This document shows positions 56,614 to 64,000 of a stretch of 64,000 bases of DNA, piece after piece. The stretch's first letter is position 1, and each line of letters starts with the position of its first letter. The stretch comes from Candidatus Wallbacteria bacterium (lineage in GTDB: Bacteria; Muiribacteriota; UBA9980). A model generated the notes under the pieces. It was not told the origin of the DNA, ran no database searches, and saw only the letters and a list, made by a program, of their open reading frames with translations. The translations under genes were made by a program, and so were the position numbers. The stretch spans positions 17,854-81,853 of the forward strand of contig JAKJHQ010000001.1 in NCBI GenBank assembly GCA_022703765.1. The letters run 5' to 3'.

Positions 56614-58953
56614 TCATGACTCTTTTACTTTAAGTTTTAGCGTTCTGCGGATTTCATCTTCGAAGCGCCTTATTTCGGCCCTTAACTCATTTATAGAGGC
56701 GCTTTCGACCGCCGCGCCCCTTTTCATAATGTCTTCGAGCGCCGCAAGCAGCCTTCCCAGTTTTACGGCCGAAATATTAAAAGCTTCGGCCTTGAATTTA
56801 TTTATAATTAATTTCATAAAACCGTTATCGCCGGAGCGCCTGGCTTCATCGATTAAATTAATATATCCGCCGGCGGTATCCATAAATTCACTGACGGCTT
56901 TTATAGATTTTTCATCGAAAGCGGAAAATTTTTGGGCGAAGCGTTCGTAATCAAAAACTTCGCGCTTGACTGCGCCCTTAACGTCTTCTGTTTCATTATG
57001 TTTTTCAGACGGAGCTTTTTTATATTTGCGGCTTTTATAAACCAGGCATAATGTTTTGGTAAGATCGGGCAGCACTATCGGTTTTGAAAGGTAAGCGTTC
57101 ATTCCGCATTCGAAGCAATATTCGACGTCCGATTTAAGCGCGCTGGCCGTCAGCGCTATTATCGGCGTATCTATATTTTTCTGCCTGAGAATAGTCGTAG
57201 TTTCATAGCCGTCCATCAACGGCATGCACACGTCCATCAAAATGAGGTCGAATTGTTCGCTCATGGCTTTTTCAATGGCCTCCGGGCCGTCCGCCGCTTG
57301 AGAAACCGTGCAGCCGAGCATTTTAAGCATTTTAACTCCGAGGTTCAGGTTCATTTCGCTATCGTCGACTATCAGAATTTTAAGCTTAAGCCTTTTGAGC
57401 TCGGCAGCCCAGTCTATACGTTCTTCTCCGGCGCGTGATTCGGACGACGGCTGCGCCTTCAAAAACGGCAGGACGAAACTAAAACAGCTGCCTTCGTTAA
57501 CGGCGCTCATGACTTTTATGCCGCCGCCTCCCATAAGCCTTACAAGCTTTTCAGAGATTACGAGCCCCAGGCCGGTTCCGCCGAATTTGCGGGTATGCGA
57601 CGCGTCGGCCTGGATGAAAGAAGAAAACAGTTTTTTCTGATTTTCTTCGGAAATTCCTATGCCTTCGTCGATAACTGAAATTTTGATGTCGCAGCTGACC
57701 TCTGTTTCGTTTTCGAGCGAGGCGATCAGTTTAATCGTTTTATTTTCAGGCGTGAATTTTATAGCGTTATTTACAAGGTTTAAAACGACCTGTTTTAACC
57801 TGACTATATCGCCAAGTAAAGGCATATCGCAGATTCCGGCAAATTCCGTCGATATATTTTGAGATCTTCTGCCCGCCTCGAACTTTACTATAGTTATAAC
57901 ATCGAGCAGCGCCTGTTTCAAAATAAATTCCGAAGATTCTATCTCGACCTTTTCCGCTTCGATCTTTGAAAAATCGAGAATGTCGTTAATTAAATTCAAA
58001 AGCGTGCCCGCGCATGTTTTTACATTGTTTAAATACTGGCTCTGCTGATGGTCTACGCTGGTCCTGAAAAGCAATTCTGAAAATCCGATTATTCCGTTGA
58101 GCGGGGTTCTTATCTCATGGCTCATATTGGCTATAAAACGGCTTTTGGCTATATTGGATTTTTCCGCCTGCGCCCTTGCTTCGTTCAGGCCGTCTTCCAT
58201 CGCATAGCGGTCCGTTTCGTCTATGGCATAAAATAGATAAACGTCTTCATGTATATGTTTAATAAAAATATTCCATATTTTAGAAGAGAAAGAAGCCTTT
58301 TTAATAAGCCCGGTATCGTTCTGGCTGTCGAATTCGAATAAATAACGCGAGCCGCCGCATTGAAATTCTAAAGCGTTTTTTTCGTTATCGCCGCTTGCGC
58401 GTTCGAAAGATTTAATAATATTGAGCATAGAATGCCCTATTTCGTTGAAGAAACGGTTATGATTCACGAAAGAAGAGTTGGCCCGGCGCACTTTTCGGCC
58501 CGATGAAAATAAGGCGACCGGATAAGGAAGGCTTTCAAGGATAAGTTCGTTGAAGTATATTTCGGTCTGGAGGTCTTTTTCGCTTTCTTTGCGATATGTG
58601 ACGTCGGAGAGTGTGAGTATTATATTTTCTTTGCAGGCGGAAGCGGACAATCTTACCCAAACCTGCCGGCCGTTAGAGTTATCGCCGGCCTCGATATTTA
58701 GCGGCGCGCCGCCTTTTGGTATAGAATCGAGCTTGCCGCTTAATTCGGCGTCGAAAAAAAGCTTAATCTGCCCTTCTGGAGAGGCGTGCTTTGTATAAGT
58801 TAAATTCACTTTATCCATTAACTTAAAAGCGGCTTGATTTGAAATCAGCGCCTCAAATCCGCCTTCGACGCACTTACGCAGGATGACGATGCCGTCGGAA
58901 GAATTATTTAATATATGGTCAAGCAACTCATGCCTTAATTCTGGATTGTTCAT
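56614..58953 (-). CDS. Hybrid sensor histidine kinase: PAS, HisKA, HATPase_c and REC domains, plus a C-terminal Hpt-like helical domain.
   Basis: ANMSHEIRTPLNGIIGFSELL. HATPase N/G boxes. REC region KILIVDDSEMNLN ... DLILMDVCMPLMDG ... KP. The C-terminal helical region lacks an obvious phospho-His. Confidence 0.9.
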   Translation of the reverse strand: MNNPELRHELLDHILNNSSDGIVILRKCVEGGFEALISNQAAFKLMDKVNLTYTKHASPEGQIKLFFDAELSGKLDSIPKGGAPLNIEAGDNSNGRQVWVRLSASACKENIILTLSDVTYRKESEKDLQTEIYFNELILESLPYPVALFSSGRKVRRANSSFVNHNRFFNEIGHSMLNIIKSFERASGDNEKNALEFQCGGSRYLFEFDSQNDTGLIKKASFSSKIWNIFIKHIHEDVYLFYAIDETDRYAMEDGLNEARAQAEKSNIAKSRFIANMSHEIRTPLNGIIGFSELLFRTSVDHQQSQYLNNVKTCAGTLLNLINDILDFSKIEAEKVEIESSEFILKQALLDVITIVKFEAGRRSQNISTEFAGICDMPLLGDIVRLKQVVLNLVNNAIKFTPENKTIKLIASLENETEVSCDIKISVIDEGIGISEENQKKLFSSFIQADASHTRKFGGTGLGLVISEKLVRLMGGGGIKVMSAVNEGSCFSFVLPFLKAQPSSESRAGEERIDWAAELKRLKLKILIVDDSEMNLNLGVKMLKMLGCTVSQAADGPEAIEKAMSEQFDLILMDVCMPLMDGYETTTILRQKNIDTPIIALTASALKSDVEYCFECGMNAYLSKPIVLPDLTKTLCLVYKSRKYKKAPSEKHNETEDVKGAVKREVFDYERFAQKFSAFDEKSIKAVSEFMDTAGGYINLIDEARRSGDNGFMKLIINKFKAEAFNISAVKLGRLLAALEDIMKRGAAVESASINELRAEIRRFEDEIRRTLKLKVKES

Positions 58954-59027
58954 TCAGGCACCATTTAATATGAATTAGTCAATAACGCAATAAAAATCCG
59001 GATGATAAAAAGTCTTTATTAAATCAA

Positions 59028-59471
59028 CTAATTATTGAGTTTGTTGAATATTTTATCTAAATCAATTTTTTCGGCCTGAGGCGCGGGTTTCATTTCCTCG
59101 TTGACTCCTTTTTTGTAATTGAGTTCATTCATTTTTCTGATGAAGTCTCTCATTGAAAAAGGTTTCTGAATATAGTCGTTCATGCCGGCCGCCAGGCATT
59201 TTTCTTTTTCGAAATAAGCCGTAAGCGCTACTATTAATCCTGAATACCCCGCGATTCTTAGCGTTCTGGTGGCTTCGATGCCGTCCATTACAGGCATCTG
59301 GACGTCCATAAAAACTATGTCGTAAGTTTCTTTAAGCGCGGCTTCAACGGCTATGGCGCCATTTTCTACCCACTTGATTTCATAAATCGAATTCGACGAT
59401 AAAATTTCATAAATAAGTGATGCCGTCTTTAAATCGTCTTCTACTAAAAGGATTTTAACTTTTTCTAACAT
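59028..59471 (-). CDS. Single-domain response regulator (CheY-like receiver).
   Basis: GGAGGGTG RBS. KILLVEDD ... DIVFMDVQMPVMDG ... LTAY ... KP. Confidence 0.85.
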   Translation of the reverse strand: MLEKVKILLVEDDLKTASLIYEILSSNSIYEIKWVENGAIAVEAALKETYDIVFMDVQMPVMDGIEATRTLRIAGYSGLIVALTAYFEKEKCLAAGMNDYIQKPFSMRDFIRKMNELNYKKGVNEEMKPAPQAEKIDLDKIFNKLNN

Positions 59472-59633
59472 ACTGCACCCTCCGAACCGTTAAAACTCCA
59501 ATAATACATTTCCCGATATTTTTCAGGTTACAATAATTATACTACAAAATTTCAAATTTGTCATATTATTTTTTTAGTAAATTACAGTCATTTACAACTA
59601 TTTTGGTATAGTATGACCACGATCGCATCCTGG

Positions 59634-61505
59634 CTATTCTTTCCGTCCGGCTTCGCCCGTAATTTCAAAAACTTCTTGGAGGCGGCTTTTGCCGCGCAAT
59701 ATGATAGGCTCGAGGCGCCTGTATTTTATCCTGTCTCCCACGGATTTCAAAACGCTTTCAGAGATAAGTATCTGGCCTTTTTTCGCCTGGCTTTCAAGGC
59801 GCGCCGCCGTATTTACGGTATCCCCGAGCGCGCTGTATTCCTTATGCCTTTCAGTGCCGAGATTTCCTATAAAAGCTTCGCCTGCGTTGATGCCTATTCC
59901 TATTTCGAGCGTCTGATCGGCCTTTTCGCTCCACTTGAGTCTCATTTTCTTCAATTCCTCCATCATCTCCATGGCCGTCTTGACCGCCTTATACGGCGCA
60001 TCCTCTATTTCGATAGGGGCCCCGAAGAGGACCATTATGGCGTCTCCGATAAATTTATCTATGGTGCCGCCGTTTTTAAAAATTATCGCCGTCATTTTAT
60101 TGAAATATTCATTAAGAAGTTTGCTGATATCTTTCGGGTCCATATTTTCCGACATAGCCGTGAAACCCCTTATATCGGCGAACATGACGGTTATATTTTT
60201 TTTGATGCCGCTGTTGGACTGCTCTATTTCGAGCCTGGTTATGTGCCTTGCCACTTCGGGCGAAACATATTTGTTCAATACGGACATCAATATTTTACTC
60301 TCGCGGCTTATAAGGTAATATTTATTGAGCGACATCGCGGCGAAAAGGATAAAAACGGCCGTGATGGCAAGAAAGCAGTTGAGCAGCAGGCCGTAATTTA
60401 CGAAAAATACGAAGCACAAAAAAAGTATGGCGATTGAGGCGGCGAGAAAAACAAACAGGCCGGCTATCGGGCTGACGCATGAAAAGATAAAAGCCGGGCC
60501 GATAGTCACAAAATAGCCGGCGGCAAATTCTTTAAAGGGCGAAGGGCGTTTTATGGAAGACCCTCGCAGAAGCGAGTCGGCTATATTCGCCAGAATGACG
60601 ACGCCATATTCCTGCTTCTGGCGTTTAAAAAGGTTGAAAGAAAGCGCCGGCACGTCCTGATAGTCCCTGTGGACAGGCGAAACCGAGCCGACGACGACCG
60701 CTTTGTCTTTTAAAAGCCGCTGATAGACTTTTTTTTGTGCGGCACCCGCATCCATAAGGTCAGCCAGCGATATTATATGAAAGTTATTATGGGATCCGGC
60801 ATAGTGTATATAAGAAGCCTGACCGTCCGTTTCGATATAGGAGTGAAGCGCGCGGGAAGGTTTTTCCAGAAATTCTATCACGGCGCCGGATTCGGGAATC
60901 GAAATATCGTATAAAGCGCTCATCATAGCAAGCGGAAGCGAGTTATAAATGGTTTTCCCGTCTTTTATTACGGGCCTGTATTTTCTTTTCACGCCGTCGT
61001 GGTCGGTATTTATACCCCTGAAAATATTGACGAATCCGTATATCAAATTAGAAGGCGCGTTTTTAGTTTCAAGCGGTTCCACGTAAACATCGACCGGCCT
61101 CGAAAAATCGAATTCGGTCTTAAAGTATGAGCTGAGCACGACATTTCGGTTAAACCGCCCTATGGATTCAAGAAGGCGCGTTTCTTCGCTGGACCCGCTT
61201 TTTAATTCGAATATGACGTCGAAAGCGAGAACCGACGGCGAATAATAAGCCATCTCGTCTATAAGGCTGGAATAAACCGGTTTCGGTATGACTCCGGTCT
61301 TGTTTTTATCGTATCTGGCGAGCGCCGCGTCGTCGATGCCTATTATTACCACCTTATCCGATTTTTTTTCCGGGCTTCTCAAGTTTGTAAACGCGTCATA
61401 GGAAAAGTTCAGCAAATATACGCTTATATTCGAAAAGTATAAAACCGAATATACCAATAGCGATATCAGCAATACCAGAACCGTATTTTTTTCAAGTAAC
61501 TTCAT
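59634..61505 (-). CDS. Adenylate/guanylate cyclase with a CHASE2 sensor domain.
   Basis: N-terminal TM, CHASE2-like periplasmic region (VVIIGIDDAAL ... VLAFDVIFE), several TM helices, and CHD motifs VMFADIRGFTAMSE ... FIGDAIMVLFGAP ... GIGINAGEAFIGNLG ... YSALGDTVNTAARLE. Confidence 0.9.
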   Translation of the reverse strand: MKLLEKNTVLVLLISLLVYSVLYFSNISVYLLNFSYDAFTNLRSPEKKSDKVVIIGIDDAALARYDKNKTGVIPKPVYSSLIDEMAYYSPSVLAFDVIFELKSGSSEETRLLESIGRFNRNVVLSSYFKTEFDFSRPVDVYVEPLETKNAPSNLIYGFVNIFRGINTDHDGVKRKYRPVIKDGKTIYNSLPLAMMSALYDISIPESGAVIEFLEKPSRALHSYIETDGQASYIHYAGSHNNFHIISLADLMDAGAAQKKVYQRLLKDKAVVVGSVSPVHRDYQDVPALSFNLFKRQKQEYGVVILANIADSLLRGSSIKRPSPFKEFAAGYFVTIGPAFIFSCVSPIAGLFVFLAASIAILFLCFVFFVNYGLLLNCFLAITAVFILFAAMSLNKYYLISRESKILMSVLNKYVSPEVARHITRLEIEQSNSGIKKNITVMFADIRGFTAMSENMDPKDISKLLNEYFNKMTAIIFKNGGTIDKFIGDAIMVLFGAPIEIEDAPYKAVKTAMEMMEELKKMRLKWSEKADQTLEIGIGINAGEAFIGNLGTERHKEYSALGDTVNTAARLESQAKKGQILISESVLKSVGDRIKYRRLEPIILRGKSRLQEVFEITGEAGRKE

Positions 61506-61528
61506 AACCGGGCCTTTTGAAATAAAAT

Positions 61529-62194
61529 TTATTTATCGTTGACAACGGGGTTGTTATCGACTTTGCCTTTGTAGTAATATTCCTGTTCGGTTTTATCGTA
61601 AAAATCGTAAGGCTTAACCTCTATTTTTTTAGCGCCGGCCTTATCGTAGAAAAGCTGCTGTCCGGCCGCCACTTCGGTGTCGGCGCCTTTATAGTTGACG
61701 TTCACTTTTCCGTTTACCAGTGCCACTTTCAGCTGCGACGGATCGTTTTCGACCTTTCCCTTGGTCTGGCGTATTGAAACCACCGCGTCGTCGGCGGTTA
61801 TTTCAAGTGTGCTGGTGCGCTGGTCGGCGGGAGGGACGAAGAAAGTGAGTATGCCGTTAATAAGGTTTATAACGAAAGTTTTGCTTTCGCTTTTAAGCGG
61901 TTTTATCTCGCATCTGGCGTTTTCTTTAGAGGTTTTCGAAGCGAAAAGCATGAGCTCGTAGTTGTCCTGCTTATATTTTATGAGTGCGTACGAATCCGGG
62001 CCCACTTCGACGATATCGCCGGCTTTAAGCGAATCGCCGGTTTTGGCCGGTTTTGAATTGACGCTGAAAGTCCCTGAAGATTCGGCTATCGAGGCCAGAA
62101 CGCCGTCGGAAGAAGCTCCGCCGCCCTGCCTGAAAGCGAAAAAACATCCCGCGGCGGCCGCGACGATAACTATTAAAATCAAAACGTTTTTGTT
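61529..62194 (-). CDS. FecR-domain-like protein, secreted or membrane-anchored.
   Basis: Start at the second Met, which has a GGGAGAG RBS. N-terminal hydrophobic LILIVIVAAAAGCFF. Beta-rich region; V.LI.G.L is FecR-like. It lies directly upstream of the CHASE2 cyclase, a recurring gene pairing. Confidence 0.5.
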   Translation of the reverse strand, partial: NKNVLILIVIVAAAAGCFFAFRQGGGASSDGVLASIAESSGTFSVNSKPAKTGDSLKAGDIVEVGPDSYALIKYKQDNYELMLFASKTSKENARCEIKPLKSESKTFVINLINGILTFFVPPADQRTSTLEITADDAVVSIRQTKGKVENDPSQLKVALVNGKVNVNYKGADTEVAAGQQLFYDKAGAKKIEVKPYDFYDKTEQEYYYKGKVDNNPVVNDK

Positions 62195-62256
62195 CATAAA
62201 ATCTCTCCCTTTCATAATTCGGTATTTTTAGTTTATTTTTATTTTTGGTTCTTTCT

Positions 62257-62320
62257 CATATCGTATGGGTAAAATATTTAAATTAAGTTAAAAGTTCAGA
62301 GCGGAGAGTTGAGAACTAAA
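62257..62320 (-). repeat. Partial copy of the repeat tail module (T).
   Basis: catatcgtatgggtaaaatatttaaattaagttaaaagttcagagcggagagttgagaactaaagg, compared with 37325-37390. Confidence 0.75.
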
Positions 62321-62329
62321 GGCGGCCGC

Positions 62330-64000
62330 TCAGCGGTCGCGCTGCCCGACATATTCCTTGATTCTGGCCGCGTTGAGGCCGTCGCCGTATCTCGCCCTGA
62401 GCATGTTATATTCTTCTTCGCTTATGCCGTATTTATTACGCAAAAACTCGTCGCGGCTCACTCCGTCATTAGAAGCGACCGCCAGGTCGCGGTTAAATTC
62501 AAGATTGAACATGATATCTTCGTTACTCAGCAGCGCTTTAAGGTTTCCGGAAATATTCATGTTAATGGCAAGAGTCATTACTTCCAGAGTGGAATCCAGG
62601 TTGGTCAGTATGCGGTTTATGTCCCAGAAATATTTTATCTTATTGGCCACCACGCGGTATTTGCTATTGATAAGATCGTCTATCAGGTCGTTTTTGGCGA
62701 GTTCGGACTTTAAATAAGCCGATCCGGCGTCGAATTTATCGGGGCCGTACCTGCGGGCCTCGATAAGTTTGATGTTGTCCTGGGTATTTTTAAATTCGGT
62801 ATTGACGTATCCGCTCTGCGGGATGTGGGCTGTTATCTGGTTCACTTCGTTAAAAGCCGACATTTCCCTCACTAAATTGTGCAGCTCGCGCGGCGCGGCG
62901 GTATCGTAATTTTTAGCCGCGAGATCGTTGAGCTTTTCGAGCGCGCCTTTTATTCCGCCGAAGGTAAAGTGCGCCGGCAGCTGTTTTACTTCGAGCCTTA
63001 TTATATCCATCATGCTTTTATCTTTATAGTCGAGAAATTCATCGTAGCGGTTGCCGAGAAAACTGGCAAGCATAACCGAAACGGTGTCCTGCGTGCCTTT
63101 TTGAAGAAAATCGCAGACCTCCCCGAGCGGGATCTGTATCTGATCGGCCGTCTGAAGCGCCAGCTGGGCTTTTTTTCGGTAAATAGAAATGACGCTCGTT
63201 AATTTATCCGCGGCGCTCAGGTCAGGATCCGCCGCGGCGTCGGTTATGGCGTCGGCCCATTCGGACTGCAGGCAGTTATTGAAATCGAAAACATATATTA
63301 TGAAATAAACCGATCTGAAAAATTCCTCAGCCTTTTTTTTGTATTCCGGCTCGAGTTTTTTTGCGTTCAGCGCATAATAATTAAACATCAAGGGCGGAGG
63401 GGTTTTGGCGCAAAGCCAGTCGAAAACTGCGTCGACGTTATTTGAAATAGCCGTTTCGGAACCGTTTAAAAGGTCTTTCATATTGCGCACGAACTCGCGC
63501 CGGCTGTTTTCGAAAAGTTTTTCCTGAAACTCGCTGTAAACCTCGGATGATAGGCTTTCCTGAGGGCACATAACTTTCGTGGACAATAAAAACGGATGTT
63601 CGTCGGACGGGCCGCCGTATTTGATTTTAATATCGATATTTTTTAAAATGCCATGAAGGCTGTTTTCGCTTTCATCGGCGATCGAAAGGTCGAAACTGTA
63701 TTTTTGAAGGTCTTCGACGTTTAAAAAGGCTTTTGAAACGCCGGGTTTATCTTCCTGCGAAAGCAGCGCGCCTATATTTTCGACTTTAAAAAGCCCGAAA
63801 TAATAGCAAGTTTTATCTGAAGAATTTTTTGCGTAAGCTATGACCGGAAAGTCGGTAACAGTAAAGGAATAATCTTTTCCGCCAAGCGCGTCTGAAAGGT
63901 TTTCGTCTTTATTTATAAAATAAACTCCGTCGGAGTTTTTAACGACAGCGTTATTGATATTTTTTAAAAAATAAGGGTTTACCTGAAGCTGGTCTTTGAT
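62330..64000 (-). CDS. Large hypothetical protein whose N-terminus lies beyond the window end.
   Basis: The minus-strand frame is open from 64000 down to the stop at 62330. The ORF track starts at a TTG at 63586 only because no ATG/GTG/TTG occurs in-frame between 63587 and 64000. No recognisable domain. Confidence 0.6.
   Translation of the reverse strand: MKDQLQVNPYFLKNINNAVVKNSDGVYFINKDENLSDALGGKDYSFTVTDFPVIAYAKNSSDKTCYYFGLFKVENIGALLSQEDKPGVSKAFLNVEDLQKYSFDLSIADESENSLHGILKNIDIKIKYGGPSDEHPFLLSTKVMCPQESLSSEVYSEFQEKLFENSRREFVRNMKDLLNGSETAISNNVDAVFDWLCAKTPPPLMFNYYALNAKKLEPEYKKKAEEFFRSVYFIIYVFDFNNCLQSEWADAITDAAADPDLSAADKLTSVISIYRKKAQLALQTADQIQIPLGEVCDFLQKGTQDTVSVMLASFLGNRYDEFLDYKDKSMMDIIRLEVKQLPAHFTFGGIKGALEKLNDLAAKNYDTAAPRELHNLVREMSAFNEVNQITAHIPQSGYVNTEFKNTQDNIKLIEARRYGPDKFDAGSAYLKSELAKNDLIDDLINSKYRVVANKIKYFWDINRILTNLDSTLEVMTLAINMNISGNLKALLSNEDIMFNLEFNRDLAVASNDGVSRDEFLRNKYGISEEEYNMLRARYGDGLNAARIKEYVGQRDR

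Overview
This is a 64 kb bacterial chromosomal fragment with mixed GC content, with AT-rich and GC-rich genes interleaved. It carries about 55 protein-coding genes. I found no rRNA, tRNA or CRISPR array. Most of the window is housekeeping and signalling. Housekeeping includes atpD-atpC, ssb, hldD, tldD/pmbA, an NCS1 transporter, an MFS transporter, a Fec/Btu-type ABC importer, a VanX-like dipeptidase and a transglutaminase-like protein. The signalling inventory is very rich: three class III adenylate cyclases (HAMP, GAF and CHASE2 types), a CheB-CheR fusion, several PAS histidine kinases, a sigma-54 activator, an ECF sigma/anti-sigma pair, receiver proteins, an ankyrin array of about 24 repeats and an AMMECR1 protein. 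Two things stand out. (1) Positions 1-7941 hold a co-directional seven-gene minus-strand cluster that looks like a novel multi-component defence or modified-DNA-sensing system. Its genes are a PD-(D/E)xK-type nuclease fused to an unrecognised ~95-aa domain, a TPR protein, a small membrane/coiled-coil protein, a DCD (PUA-like) domain fused to a classical AAA+ ATPase, a small protein, a protein made of two more copies of the same unrecognised domain, and a large sacsin/MORC-like GHKL ATPase that is truncated at the window edge. (2) A family of structured intergenic repeat elements recurs through the window. It includes two ~90% identical inverted copies that flank the tldD-pmbA-cyclase segment, and two long composite copies that share hairpins and a purine-rich tract; these may be ncRNA or mobile or regulatory elements. 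Gene starts were refined where a ribosome-binding site made a choice clear. Two genes run off the window edges (1..2308 and 62330..64000).
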